Source of the DNA: Gammaproteobacteria bacterium
GTDB lineage: Bacteria; Pseudomonadota; Gammaproteobacteria; JADZEE01
Length of the DNA: 64,000 nucleotides
Assembly (NCBI GenBank): GCA_965225625.1
Contig: CBDDBH010000026.1
Coordinates: 3,561 to 67,560 of the forward strand
Direction of reading: 5' to 3'
Of the stretch, positions 46,829 to 56,202 are shown piece after piece. The position numbers and the translations under genes are program-made. The stretch's first letter is position 1, and every line of letters begins with the position of its first letter. The notes beneath the pieces are model-generated. The model worked only from the letters and a program-made list of their open reading frames with translations, was not told the origin of the DNA and searched no databases.

Positions 46829-47719
46829 ATGAAAGCGTATTTTGTTGCCGCGTTTTTCGCGCTCGTCTTCAGTGCCAGTGTAGCCGCACAAGACTTCGAC
46901 AAGGTCGAAATAAAGTCTGAAAAAGTTGCAGACGGGATCTACGTATTGTTTGGCGCCGGCGGCAACATCGGCGTGTCCATCGGCGATGACGGCGTTCTGG
47001 TCATCGACGATCAGTTTGCACCGCTAACTGACAAGATTAAGGCCGCTATTGCTAAGCTCTCCGACAAGCCCGTGGCTTTCGTGCTAAATACGCACTGGCA
47101 CGGCGATCACACCGGCGGCAACGAAAATATGGCCAGTGCCGGCGCAGTTATCGTTGCACACGACAACGTGCGTGCCCGCATGAGCATTGATCAAAACGCT
47201 TTTGGTCGGGAAGTTCCTGCCAGTCCCGCCGCCGCGTTACCCGTTGTCACATTTAGCCGCGATGTCACCTTCCATTTCAACGGCGAAGAAATCGCTGCCA
47301 GGCACGTCAGCAGCGCGCATACGGACGGTGATTCCGTTGTCGAGTTTCGCAACAGCAACGTGGTACATACGGGGGACGTGTTTTTCAACAGTGAATATCC
47401 ATTTATCGACACCGCTAGCGGCGGATCTGTCGACGGCGTTTTAGCGGCGGTCGACGAACTGCTGAGCACGCTGGGCGATGACACTCGAATCATCCCTGGG
47501 CATGGTCCGCTATCGAACAAAAAGGAACTTGTCGCCTATCGCGCAATGTTGGTTGCCATCAGCAGCGCGATTGGCGAGCTGATTGCCGCGGGAAAATCAG
47601 TGGATGAAGTTGTCGCAGCGAAACCGACCAAAGCCTACGACGCGGAGTGGGGCGACGGATATTTTTCGGCCGACAAATTTGTGCAGATGTTGTACAGCGC
47701 ACTAGCCGCGAAGCGTTAA
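46829..47719 (+). CDS. Exported MBL-fold metallo-hydrolase (cyclase-like group)
   Basis: Signal peptide; NTHWHGDHTGGN, AHTDGD, HTGD, IPGHG. Confidence 0.92.
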   Translation: MKAYFVAAFFALVFSASVAAQDFDKVEIKSEKVADGIYVLFGAGGNIGVSIGDDGVLVIDDQFAPLTDKIKAAIAKLSDKPVAFVLNTHWHGDHTGGNENMASAGAVIVAHDNVRARMSIDQNAFGREVPASPAAALPVVTFSRDVTFHFNGEEIAARHVSSAHTDGDSVVEFRNSNVVHTGDVFFNSEYPFIDTASGGSVDGVLAAVDELLSTLGDDTRIIPGHGPLSNKKELVAYRAMLVAISSAIGELIAAGKSVDEVVAAKPTKAYDAEWGDGYFSADKFVQMLYSALAAKR

Positions 47720-47754
47720 GCGGACTGTAGCGGCGCTCCGGAGACCGGCGTTTT

Positions 47755-48963
47755 TTGATGATGCGCCGAGCAACCGGGACGGGCGCCTTCGCGCTCATCC
47801 TTTTACTTGTTCCGATAGTAACGTTTAGCGCGTCTTTCGACGGCCCGTTCCTATTGCTGGATGCAAGTGATGGCACCGTGCTGAAGCACGATCGCGCGAC
47901 CGTCCCCTGGTATCCGGCGTCGCTTACCAAGTTAATGACGCTCTACCTGACGTTCGCGGCCATCGAAGCGGGTGAACTTGCGCTCGATCAACAGCTATCC
48001 ACATCGTCTGTTGCAGCCGCTCAACCCGCGACCCGATTGGGGCTGAGCAAAGGCGCCAAAATAACGGTCGAACAAGCAATACTTGCCGCAGTCACAGTAT
48101 CGGCCAACGACGCCGCTGTCGTCTTAGCTGAAAACATTGCCGGCAGCGAAGCTGCTTTTGCGCAGCGCATGACCGATACCGCGCACAAGCTCGGCATGAG
48201 GCAGACACAGTTTCGCAATGCCAGCGGCTTGCCCGATGAAGAGCAGGTATCAACCGCCCGTGATCTGGCGTTACTGGCGCGACATCTACTGCTGGACTTT
48301 CCGCATCGCTATCATTACTTCCAGGCACGCCACGTTTCTTATCGCGGCCGCTATCGACCGACAACCAACAGCATGCTGGGTAGCTACTCCGGTGCCGACG
48401 GGATCAAGACCGGATTCACCTGCAGTTCCGGTTACAACGTAATCGCATCCGCGCAGCGAGACGGCCGTAGACTTATCGGCGTAGTACTCGGCGGCAAAAC
48501 CCCTTCTGAGCGAAATCGCCAAATGTTTCAGCTTCTGAACCTGGGATTCGGTAGCAACCCTGAAGCCTCAGCACCAGATTTAGCTACCCTGGCCGTTTGG
48601 GGAGAAACAAACGAGCTGGCACCGACGCGATTGTCGGTATCTGAATGCTTTCGTGTTGCTACATCAAAATCGAAACCCGGAAAGCTTCGCGGTTGGGGTT
48701 TGGTGTTTGGCAATTACCGCCATAAACGCGAAGCCCATACCGTGCTCCGCAACGCGAAATCCAGTCTCAAAGGCGTCGCCAAAGTGGGCCGATCAACTAT
48801 TTTGAAGCGCAAGCTCGAACGCGGCACAAGTTGGAAAGCACTGCTGGTGGGGTATAAAAAGGACGACGCCGGCCTCGCCTGTAAGGCGTTACGAGCGGTC
48901 GAGATTATGTGCGTCGTTGTTACCCCGAACGCCATGAATGCGAAAGGGTTTTTGTTGAAGTAG
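47755..48963 (+). CDS. D-alanyl-D-alanine carboxypeptidase (S11) with SPOR-like C-terminal domain
   Basis: PASLTK (SxxK), SAND (SxN), GIKTG; basic C-terminal domain ending ACKAL...MCVVV. Confidence 0.92.
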   Translation: MMMRRATGTGAFALILLLVPIVTFSASFDGPFLLLDASDGTVLKHDRATVPWYPASLTKLMTLYLTFAAIEAGELALDQQLSTSSVAAAQPATRLGLSKGAKITVEQAILAAVTVSANDAAVVLAENIAGSEAAFAQRMTDTAHKLGMRQTQFRNASGLPDEEQVSTARDLALLARHLLLDFPHRYHYFQARHVSYRGRYRPTTNSMLGSYSGADGIKTGFTCSSGYNVIASAQRDGRRLIGVVLGGKTPSERNRQMFQLLNLGFGSNPEASAPDLATLAVWGETNELAPTRLSVSECFRVATSKSKPGKLRGWGLVFGNYRHKREAHTVLRNAKSSLKGVAKVGRSTILKRKLERGTSWKALLVGYKKDDAGLACKALRAVEIMCVVVTPNAMNAKGFLLK

Positions 48964-49040
48964 CCGCAAACAATAACCTTAACTAGACCTAAACCACGTT
49001 AGCGCTTACGCTCCGCAGTCCACATTGAGGGACATGCACT

Positions 49041-50150
49041 ATGCGGGTCGCGGCTGTTGTTCTGCTGTCATTATTGACGTTCACGGCGCTGGCGACGGAG
49101 CGAAAATTCTATCTGGCCGTCGAAGAAATCGAATGGGACTACGCGCCGTCGGGGAAGAACCTGCTTACCGGAAAGCCGTTCAACCAGGAAGAAAGTGTGT
49201 TCACCGCCAACAGCGACCGCTTCATCGGCCACCATTACCGCAAGGCGATTTATCGACAGTACACGGACGCCAGCTTCAAGCGGATAAAACCACGAGCCTC
49301 GCGATGGTTGCATCTCGGGCTTCTGGGCCCGGTGATGCACGCTGAAGTTGGCGACACCATCATTGTGCATTTAAAAAACAATGCCAGCCGTCCTTATTCG
49401 CTGCACCCGCACGGCGTGTTTTATGAAAAGGACTCCGAAGGAGCGCCTTACGCAGACGGCACAAGTGGTAAAGACAAAGCCGACGACGCCGTGCCAGCTG
49501 GCGAACAGCATACCTATGTTTGGGAAGTCCCGCCGCGCGCCGGCCCGGGACCCAGTGACCCCAGTTCAATTGCCTGGCTGTATCATTCTCATGTGTTGTC
49601 GCGGCGCGATGCCAACACTGGCCTGGTAGGCGCGATCATCGTCACCCGCCAGGGTTCAGCGAAGAGCGATGGCTCACCCAAAGATGTCGACCGCGAGTTT
49701 GTCACTTTGTTTACAGTAATGGACGAAAACAAGAGCTGGTATTTGCAAGACAATATCGCCTCTCATACCGTTGCCGGCGCAGTTGATGTGGACAACGAGG
49801 AATTCGTAGAAAGCAACCTCATGCATGTGATCAATGGATATGTCTATGGCAACATGCCCGGCCTGGAAATGCGCCAGTGCGAACAGGTCCGCTGGTACAC
49901 ACTGGCGCTGGGCACCGAAGTGGATATCCACACCCCGCACTGGCATGGCAACACCGGCCTGAGTAGCGGCCGTCGCGTCGATGTTGTTGAATTGCTGCCC
50001 GCATCGTCGGTGGCGGTGCATATGCAGGCCGATGCGCCGGGAAAGTGGATGTATCATTGTCATGTAGATGATCACATGCAGGCTGGGATGTCCGCCCTGT
50101 ATACGGTCATCCCAGTTGACAACCCGGCCTGCACGGTACGCACACGATAA
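49041..50150 (+). CDS. Two-domain multicopper oxidase, ceruloplasmin/hephaestin-like
   Basis: Signal peptide; HPH and YHSH in domain 1; HTPHWH and YHCHVDDHMQAGM in domain 2. Confidence 0.92.
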   Translation: MRVAAVVLLSLLTFTALATERKFYLAVEEIEWDYAPSGKNLLTGKPFNQEESVFTANSDRFIGHHYRKAIYRQYTDASFKRIKPRASRWLHLGLLGPVMHAEVGDTIIVHLKNNASRPYSLHPHGVFYEKDSEGAPYADGTSGKDKADDAVPAGEQHTYVWEVPPRAGPGPSDPSSIAWLYHSHVLSRRDANTGLVGAIIVTRQGSAKSDGSPKDVDREFVTLFTVMDENKSWYLQDNIASHTVAGAVDVDNEEFVESNLMHVINGYVYGNMPGLEMRQCEQVRWYTLALGTEVDIHTPHWHGNTGLSSGRRVDVVELLPASSVAVHMQADAPGKWMYHCHVDDHMQAGMSALYTVIPVDNPACTVRTR

Positions 50151-50173
50151 CTCGAACAAGAGGTCTAGTCGGC

Positions 50174-50911
50174 ATGAGCGAACCCCAACAGCAATCTACG
50201 TGGAGCACCATTCTCGTGTGGGTAGCATTTCTGGTAGCCGTAACTTTGCTCGCCGCGCCGATAGGAACCCGCTTGGGACTGTGGCCATGGAGCGTCGGCC
50301 TGCAATCGTTGCTTGCGGTGGCGATTGGTGGAAGCGTAGTCGCGATAATTGCCGTTATTACTTTCTTCGTTGCGAGGAAACCGGGTGGCGGCGCAAACCA
50401 GCGCCGGGCAGCGATAGCTTTCGTTGTCGCCTTATTACCGGCAGCATTTATGTGGGCGCAGATCCTGCACGCGCGCACGCTTCCCATGATCCACGACATA
50501 TCGACTGATACTACCAACCCTCCGATATTCGCCTCCGCACATGTGCTTGGCGTCGAGCGCATGAATACCCTCGTTTACGGGCCTGAAGGTATCGCCGATG
50601 TGCAACGCGAGGCATATCCCGATGTGCGGCCCATCGAGGCATCAACGTCGCCACACGAAACGTTTAACCGGGCAATAGACGTGGCGCAGGAACTCGGTTG
50701 GGAAGTGGTGAGCGAAGACCGTGACAACCGTCAGATCGAGGCTGTAGACACAAGCTTCTGGTTTGGATTCAAGGACGACATCGCGATACGTATCGCGCCG
50801 CGGCAAACCGGCAGCCTGGTGGATCTGCGATCTATTTCCCGCGTGGGTCTGAGCGACGTTGGGGTAAATGCTTCGCGAATTATTGCTTTCACCGAACGCT
50901 TTGGCGATTGA
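50174..50911 (+). CDS. DUF1499 family membrane protein
   Basis: Three TMs; IHDISTD, FGFKDDIAIR, DLRSISRVGLSDVGVNASRI. Confidence 0.9.
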   Translation: MSEPQQQSTWSTILVWVAFLVAVTLLAAPIGTRLGLWPWSVGLQSLLAVAIGGSVVAIIAVITFFVARKPGGGANQRRAAIAFVVALLPAAFMWAQILHARTLPMIHDISTDTTNPPIFASAHVLGVERMNTLVYGPEGIADVQREAYPDVRPIEASTSPHETFNRAIDVAQELGWEVVSEDRDNRQIEAVDTSFWFGFKDDIAIRIAPRQTGSLVDLRSISRVGLSDVGVNASRIIAFTERFGD

Positions 50912-50917
50912 TCCATT

Positions 50918-51556
50918 GTGGAGCAACTTGCACGCAACTCGCAGGAGAGGCTAAACACCGCGGCCTCGCAGCAATTCAAACAGTGGATTCCGTTGCTCCT
51001 CGTGTTGTGTCTCATTCACGCTAACGCGTATGCGGATTTCAATGCTGGTAAATCAGCTTACATAGTTGGCGACTACCAGCGCGCACTCAAGGAATTCGAA
51101 CCGCTGGCGCAGGCGGGCGATCCCAAAGCTCAACTTGCACTGGCCTTGATGTATGAAACTGGACGCGGTATTCAACAAAGTCCAACGAATGCGGAGCTCT
51201 GGTATCGTAGCGCTGCTGTGCAAGGAGATGCGACGGCACAGGCGCATCTCGCACGCATGTACTTCCGCGGCTCGGGCGTGGCTCAAGATTATCTGGAAGC
51301 CCGCAAGTGGTATCAAAAAAGCGCCGAGCAAGGCCGCGCCGACAGCCAATTCAATCTGGGCGGCATGTACGAACAAGGTCTGGGCGTTGACCGTGACTAC
51401 GTGCAAGCTTACGCCTGGCTGGCAATGGCGGCGCGCGGTGGAGCAAAGGATGCAGGGATCTATCTTCAGCAGATGTCACTGCAGATGAGTGATGACGCCA
51501 TTGTCGCAGCCCAGGGCATGGCCGTGGAGTTGCTTGATAAGTACGGAACACATTAA
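50918..51556 (+). CDS. Exported Sel1-repeat protein (start uncertain)
   Basis: Hydrophobic leader ending ANAYA; three full Sel1 repeats plus AYAWL capping helix. Confidence 0.9.
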   Translation: MEQLARNSQERLNTAASQQFKQWIPLLLVLCLIHANAYADFNAGKSAYIVGDYQRALKEFEPLAQAGDPKAQLALALMYETGRGIQQSPTNAELWYRSAAVQGDATAQAHLARMYFRGSGVAQDYLEARKWYQKSAEQGRADSQFNLGGMYEQGLGVDRDYVQAYAWLAMAARGGAKDAGIYLQQMSLQMSDDAIVAAQGMAVELLDKYGTH

Positions 51557-51562
51557 TGGGGA

Positions 51563-52042
51563 ATGGCATTGGACATTGACAAGCAAGTACTGACCTTAAC
51601 CATCAACGGCGAGACCAGGGACGCGGTGATCGACGGTAGCGAGACCTTACTTGAGGTCGTGCGTGAGCGTTTACGATTAACCGGCTCCAAGCGCGGCTGC
51701 AATCAAGGTGTCTGCGGCGCCTGCACGATGCTGGTCGACGACCAACCCATGCGCGGCTGTCTGCTACTGGCTGCAGCCTGTAAAGAGCGCGAAATCACCA
51801 CAATTGAAGGCATCGCCCAGGGCCTGGAGTTGGCGCCGATCCAACAGGCACTGGTGGATGCAGGCGGTCTGCAGTGCGGCTTTTGCACATCGGGGATGGT
51901 ACTGACTTTGAGCGCACTACTGGCCCAGAACGCAAGCCCGACGCGCGAAGACGTTCGTCAGGCCTTGTCCGGCAACCTGTGTCGCTGCACCGGTTATACC
52001 AAAATTGTTGATGCGGCCATGCTGGTCGCAAACGGAGCATGA
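51563..52042 (+). CDS. 2x[2Fe-2S] small subunit of a xanthine-oxidase-family enzyme
   Basis: GCNQGVCGAC, QCGFCT, GNLCRCTGY. Confidence 0.96.
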   Translation: MALDIDKQVLTLTINGETRDAVIDGSETLLEVVRERLRLTGSKRGCNQGVCGACTMLVDDQPMRGCLLLAAACKEREITTIEGIAQGLELAPIQQALVDAGGLQCGFCTSGMVLTLSALLAQNASPTREDVRQALSGNLCRCTGYTKIVDAAMLVANGA

Positions 52043-52046
52043 ATTC

Positions 52047-54356
52047 ATGAGCGCAGCTAACACCGCAGTCGGCATCAGCGTGCCACGCTTGGACGGTCGA
52101 CAGAAATCCACCGGCGCCGCCGAATATATCGACGACATGCAGCGGCCGGGTATGCTGTATGGGGCCATCGCCGTCAGCCCGCATGCCCATGCGCATATTC
52201 TGAGCTACAACACCAGTGCCGCGCTCGAACTACCCGGCGTCAAAGCCGTCATCACGGGAGAGGATTTCGAGCTTGTTCGCGGTGGCGTATTTCTCAAGGA
52301 CGAGCCGGCCATCGCCAAAGGGCGGGTGCGCTATCTTGGCGAGCCAGTTGCCGCTGTTGCCGCAATAGATCTGAAAACCGCGCGGCACGCCGCACAGCTC
52401 ATCGACATCGAGTATGAGCCGCTACCCGCCATCCTATCCGTAGACGATGCATTGGATCCGGACAAACCGGCGATACACCCGGATCTTACCGATTACTTTC
52501 GCATTGCCCCAAGTGGCCACGGGCACAACTCTCTGTGGGAGGCGGATCTGACTGCCGGCGACGTAGACAAGGCCTGGGACGAATGCGACGTCATCGTCGA
52601 GGGTGAATTCCAGACGCAGGCACAGCATCACGTTTATATGGAGCCCTGCGGAGCTGTCGCTGAATCCGATCAAGATGGACGGCTCACCGTGTGGTCAAGT
52701 TGCCAATCGGTTCACATCGTGCAACAGAAGGTCGCTGACTATCTGCGCATTCCCATGGCAAAAGTGCGTGCACTTGTGCCGCACGTTGGTGGTGGTTTCG
52801 GCGGCAAAGGCGGACTGCACGTGCAGACGCTCGCGGCCAAATTGGCATTAGTCACCGGCCGGCCGGTAAAGATCACGTTAACACGTACCGAAGATTTTGA
52901 AATGGTGCGTTCGCGCCATCCGATCCGGATCCGCATCAAGACGGGCGCGAAAAAAGACGGCACGCTAATCGCTCGCGAAATTCACTCGGATCTCGATGGT
53001 GGCGCTTACGCCGACGAGAGTCCCGCCGTGTTGTCACTGGTAGTATTTCTAGGCCGCGGGCCTTATAACATTCCAAACGTCCGCTCGACCGGCAGAGTGT
53101 TGTACACCAACAAACTGCGAGCGGGACCTTACCGCGGCTTCGGCAACCCACAGGTCAACTTCGCAGGGGAAATGCAGATCGACGAGATTGCCGCGAAGCT
53201 CGGCATGGATCCCCTGGAGCTGCGTCTTAAGAACGGTATCAAAGCCGGCGACACGTGGATTGTAGGCCACCCGATTGATTCGTGCGGCCTGGATGAATGC
53301 CTGACGGAAATCCAGAAGGCCACCCGTGCGGCCCGCAAAGATCGCGGTGCTAGTGCCCCCGGGAAACGTCACGGTATCGGCTGCTCCGCGCACGTGCATT
53401 TGTGCGGGCTGCAATCCACAGGCGCAAACGTGCACCTGCGCGCCGATGGTTCGGTATCCGTGGTCACCGGAGTCGTCGATATCGGTCAGGGTTCGAGCAC
53501 CATCCTCGCGCAGATCGCCGCCGACGCGCTAGCGCTGCCGATGGAGCGCATTTCGTTCTCTAATCCGGACACCGACGTGTCTCCTTACAATTGGAAAACC
53601 GCCGCCAGCCGTACCACCTATATGAGCGGCCGCGCGGTGCTCGCGGCAACAGTCAAAGTGCGAGACCAAATTCTGCGGCAGGCAGCGGAGATGATGGAAT
53701 GCGCGGAGCAGGATCTTGAGTTGCGTTCCGGCGGTTTTGTCGGCATGAAAGGTATGCCGGACGCACAGGTTGCCTACGCACAAATCGCGGGACGCGCCAT
53801 GAACCGGGCGGGCGGCCCGATTACCGGTACTGAATCTTATTTGTATGACGGACCGCCGCTGGACCCCAAACGCGCTATTGTTCAAGGCTTCGCATTTTCC
53901 AACATTGGCATTTACACGTTTGGCGTCCAAGCCGTGGAAGTTGAAGTCGACGAGGACACCGGCCAGGTCGAAGTGCTGCAAGTGTGGTCGGCGCATGATG
54001 TGGGTCGCGCGATCAACCCAAATATGGTCGAGGGTCAAGTGCAGGGCGGTGTTGTTCAGGGCCTCGGTCTCGCATTGACCGAGGAGATGGTCTGGGAAGA
54101 CGACGGCCGCCTCGCCAATCCAACGATGATGGATTACAAGATCCCCGGCATTCTCGACAGTCCCGATCGCATCACGTCGATTATTCTTGAAACCCCAGAG
54201 CCGACCGGTCCTTACGGCGCAAAAGGCGTCGGTGAAAACAGCCTGATCGGTGTCCCCGCCGCGGTCGGCAACGCGATTGCCGACGCCACCGGCAAATGTA
54301 TGCGTCAAATCCCGTTCACGCCTGAACGTGTTCTTGCAGAACTATTAGATAACTAG
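52047..54356 (+). CDS. Xanthine dehydrogenase family molybdopterin-binding large subunit
   Basis: ATG 52047; QHHVYMEP, VGGGFGGK, YRGFG, IGQG, AASR, GQVQGG, AKGVGE (catalytic Glu). Confidence 0.95.
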   Translation: MSAANTAVGISVPRLDGRQKSTGAAEYIDDMQRPGMLYGAIAVSPHAHAHILSYNTSAALELPGVKAVITGEDFELVRGGVFLKDEPAIAKGRVRYLGEPVAAVAAIDLKTARHAAQLIDIEYEPLPAILSVDDALDPDKPAIHPDLTDYFRIAPSGHGHNSLWEADLTAGDVDKAWDECDVIVEGEFQTQAQHHVYMEPCGAVAESDQDGRLTVWSSCQSVHIVQQKVADYLRIPMAKVRALVPHVGGGFGGKGGLHVQTLAAKLALVTGRPVKITLTRTEDFEMVRSRHPIRIRIKTGAKKDGTLIAREIHSDLDGGAYADESPAVLSLVVFLGRGPYNIPNVRSTGRVLYTNKLRAGPYRGFGNPQVNFAGEMQIDEIAAKLGMDPLELRLKNGIKAGDTWIVGHPIDSCGLDECLTEIQKATRAARKDRGASAPGKRHGIGCSAHVHLCGLQSTGANVHLRADGSVSVVTGVVDIGQGSSTILAQIAADALALPMERISFSNPDTDVSPYNWKTAASRTTYMSGRAVLAATVKVRDQILRQAAEMMECAEQDLELRSGGFVGMKGMPDAQVAYAQIAGRAMNRAGGPITGTESYLYDGPPLDPKRAIVQGFAFSNIGIYTFGVQAVEVEVDEDTGQVEVLQVWSAHDVGRAINPNMVEGQVQGGVVQGLGLALTEEMVWEDDGRLANPTMMDYKIPGILDSPDRITSIILETPEPTGPYGAKGVGENSLIGVPAAVGNAIADATGKCMRQIPFTPERVLAELLDN

Positions 54357-54368
54357 GAGTAATCCGTA

Positions 54369-55733
54369 ATGAATTTCCTTGGCATCAAGCACCCGGCACT
54401 TGGCATTTCACTGCTTGTAATCATCGTGACCACCAGCAGCAGACCAGTGTCCGCGGCTGCACTGGAATTCGAGGTATTCAGCGGCACCAAAAGCGGCATA
54501 TCCGAGTCGTCTGTTTTAGTAAAGGGCCGCAAGGATGCTGTACTAATCGATTCCCAGTGGGCATTGTCCGACGGCGAAAGAGTCGCCGAGCAGATCGCCA
54601 AATCGGGCCGCCGCCTGACCCACATCCTCATTACGCACGGACACCCCGATCACTATTGGGGTCTGGCGCCCATCATCAAACGTTTCCCGGACGCCAAGAT
54701 CCTCGCACGCGAAGCCATCAGGTTAGAAATAGCGACGCAGTTCTATTCGAAGTGGGTTCACTGGCAGCCGTTGTTCCCAGATGACATACCAAACACACCG
54801 GTCGTGCCCACCGCCTTCGACGGTGATTCCATAACGCTGGAAGGCCACGAAATACGCTTTATCGATATGCCACCGGCGGAGACTATGGACGCGACCGTGT
54901 TCTACATTCCCTCGGCGAAGGCCATCGTCGCTGGCGATCTCGTTTTCTCAAAAATGCACAGCTATTTCGCCGATCTCAATTACCCGAAAGGGTGGGTCGA
55001 GGCACTTGAGCTGATCAAAAGTGTCGGTCCCATTGAAACCGTTTATCCGGGCCATGGCCCCGTCGGTGGTCCGGAGCTCATCGACGAAGCCATTCAATAT
55101 ATGCAGACCTACATGACCATTGCAAAGCCGGGTGTGCCGCTGCAGGAAATCGTGAAAGGCATGAAAGCGAGCTACCCCGACCACGGCGGTGAGCTGATCC
55201 TGTGGTGGACCAGAGGCCCGGGTTTCGGGATCTTTGGCCCGCGTTCTCTGGGTGTCCCCGAAGACCTGCTCGCACAACTGCCACCGCACCTGGTTGGGGA
55301 TGCGCCTGGCTGCCGTGTCGATCGGCAAGCGCTGGTCGAAAAACTATTTTTCGAGGGCTTCTCCGGCGGCCATATGAACGTGCTCGACGAAGTCATGCAT
55401 GCCGATATTGCGTTCAGCGATCCAGCATTTCCCCCTGGGCTGGAAGGCATAAAAGCGCTGGTAGGCAAAAACAACACGAGCTTCGAGGACTGGGGCTTCA
55501 AGATGCTCGATGTATTATGCGACGGCGCCAAAGTCGTCGTGCGTTGGCAGGGTACCGGCAAACACGTCGCTTCTTTCATGGGTGAAAAGCCGACCAACAA
55601 GCGGATCGAATTGAACGGCATTTCGATATATCTGATCGAGAACAACAAGATCACCGCCGATTGGGTCGTGCCGGACAACCTAGGCTTCCTGATGCAAATC
55701 GGCGTCGTAGCACCAATCGACATGACTGAATAG
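54369..55733 (+). CDS. MBL-fold hydrolase fused to a SnoaL-like ester-cyclase domain
   Basis: THGHPDHYWG, AGDL, YPGHG, followed by KVVVRWQGTGKH...FMGEKPTNKRIELNGISIY. Confidence 0.85.
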   Translation: MNFLGIKHPALGISLLVIIVTTSSRPVSAAALEFEVFSGTKSGISESSVLVKGRKDAVLIDSQWALSDGERVAEQIAKSGRRLTHILITHGHPDHYWGLAPIIKRFPDAKILAREAIRLEIATQFYSKWVHWQPLFPDDIPNTPVVPTAFDGDSITLEGHEIRFIDMPPAETMDATVFYIPSAKAIVAGDLVFSKMHSYFADLNYPKGWVEALELIKSVGPIETVYPGHGPVGGPELIDEAIQYMQTYMTIAKPGVPLQEIVKGMKASYPDHGGELILWWTRGPGFGIFGPRSLGVPEDLLAQLPPHLVGDAPGCRVDRQALVEKLFFEGFSGGHMNVLDEVMHADIAFSDPAFPPGLEGIKALVGKNNTSFEDWGFKMLDVLCDGAKVVVRWQGTGKHVASFMGEKPTNKRIELNGISIYLIENNKITADWVVPDNLGFLMQIGVVAPIDMTE

Positions 55734-55755
55734 TTTGTCTTTGCCGTAATAGCTC

Positions 55756-56163
55756 ATGCAGCAGTATCTAGCCCAAACCGCAGTCATCGTTCGTGACTAC
55801 GACGAAGCCATCGACTTTTACGTCAATACTTTGGGTTTCGACCTGATCGAAGACACGCCCGCTCCCCCGCCGCATATTCCGGAAGAGGAAAAACGCTGGG
55901 TTATCGTTGCACCGCCAGGATCCCACTCAAGACTACTGCTTTCTCGCGCCGTGGGACCGGAACAGGAATCGCGGATCGGCAATCAAACCGGCGGACGCGT
56001 TTTCCTGTATCTATTCACAGACGATTTTTGGCGTGACTATGAAGCCTACAAAACAAGAGGCGTTAAGTTCGTGCGCGCAGAGCCACGGGAAGAACGCTAC
56101 GGAACGGTGGCGGTGTTTCGCGATATTTACGGCAATCTGTGGGATCTGATTCAACCGAAGTAA
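55756..56163 (+). CDS. VOC/glyoxalase family protein
   Basis: VRDYDEAIDFY, GNQTGGRV, YGTVAVFRDIYGNLWDLIQ. Confidence 0.93.
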   Translation: MQQYLAQTAVIVRDYDEAIDFYVNTLGFDLIEDTPAPPPHIPEEEKRWVIVAPPGSHSRLLLSRAVGPEQESRIGNQTGGRVFLYLFTDDFWRDYEAYKTRGVKFVRAEPREERYGTVAVFRDIYGNLWDLIQPK

Positions 56164-56202
56164 GACGTTTTGACGCTATCGCGTACCTTTGGTATCTGCG
56201 AG

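Noticed and set aside
46829-47719. Metallo-beta-lactamase resistance gene
   Set aside because: The HxHxDH fold is shared by many hydrolases. The sequence fits the widespread cyclase-like group and has no mobile context.
47734-47756. GC hairpin plus T6 after the MBL gene as a terminator
   Set aside because: The stem is short and bulged and overlaps the start region of the next same-strand gene, so it is not supportable.
51563-54356. Aerobic CO dehydrogenase (coxSL, with coxG at 26417)
   Set aside because: The active-site loop is GPYRGFG, not AYxCSFR (form I) or AYxGAGR (form II). There is no coxM, and coxG is 25 kb away.
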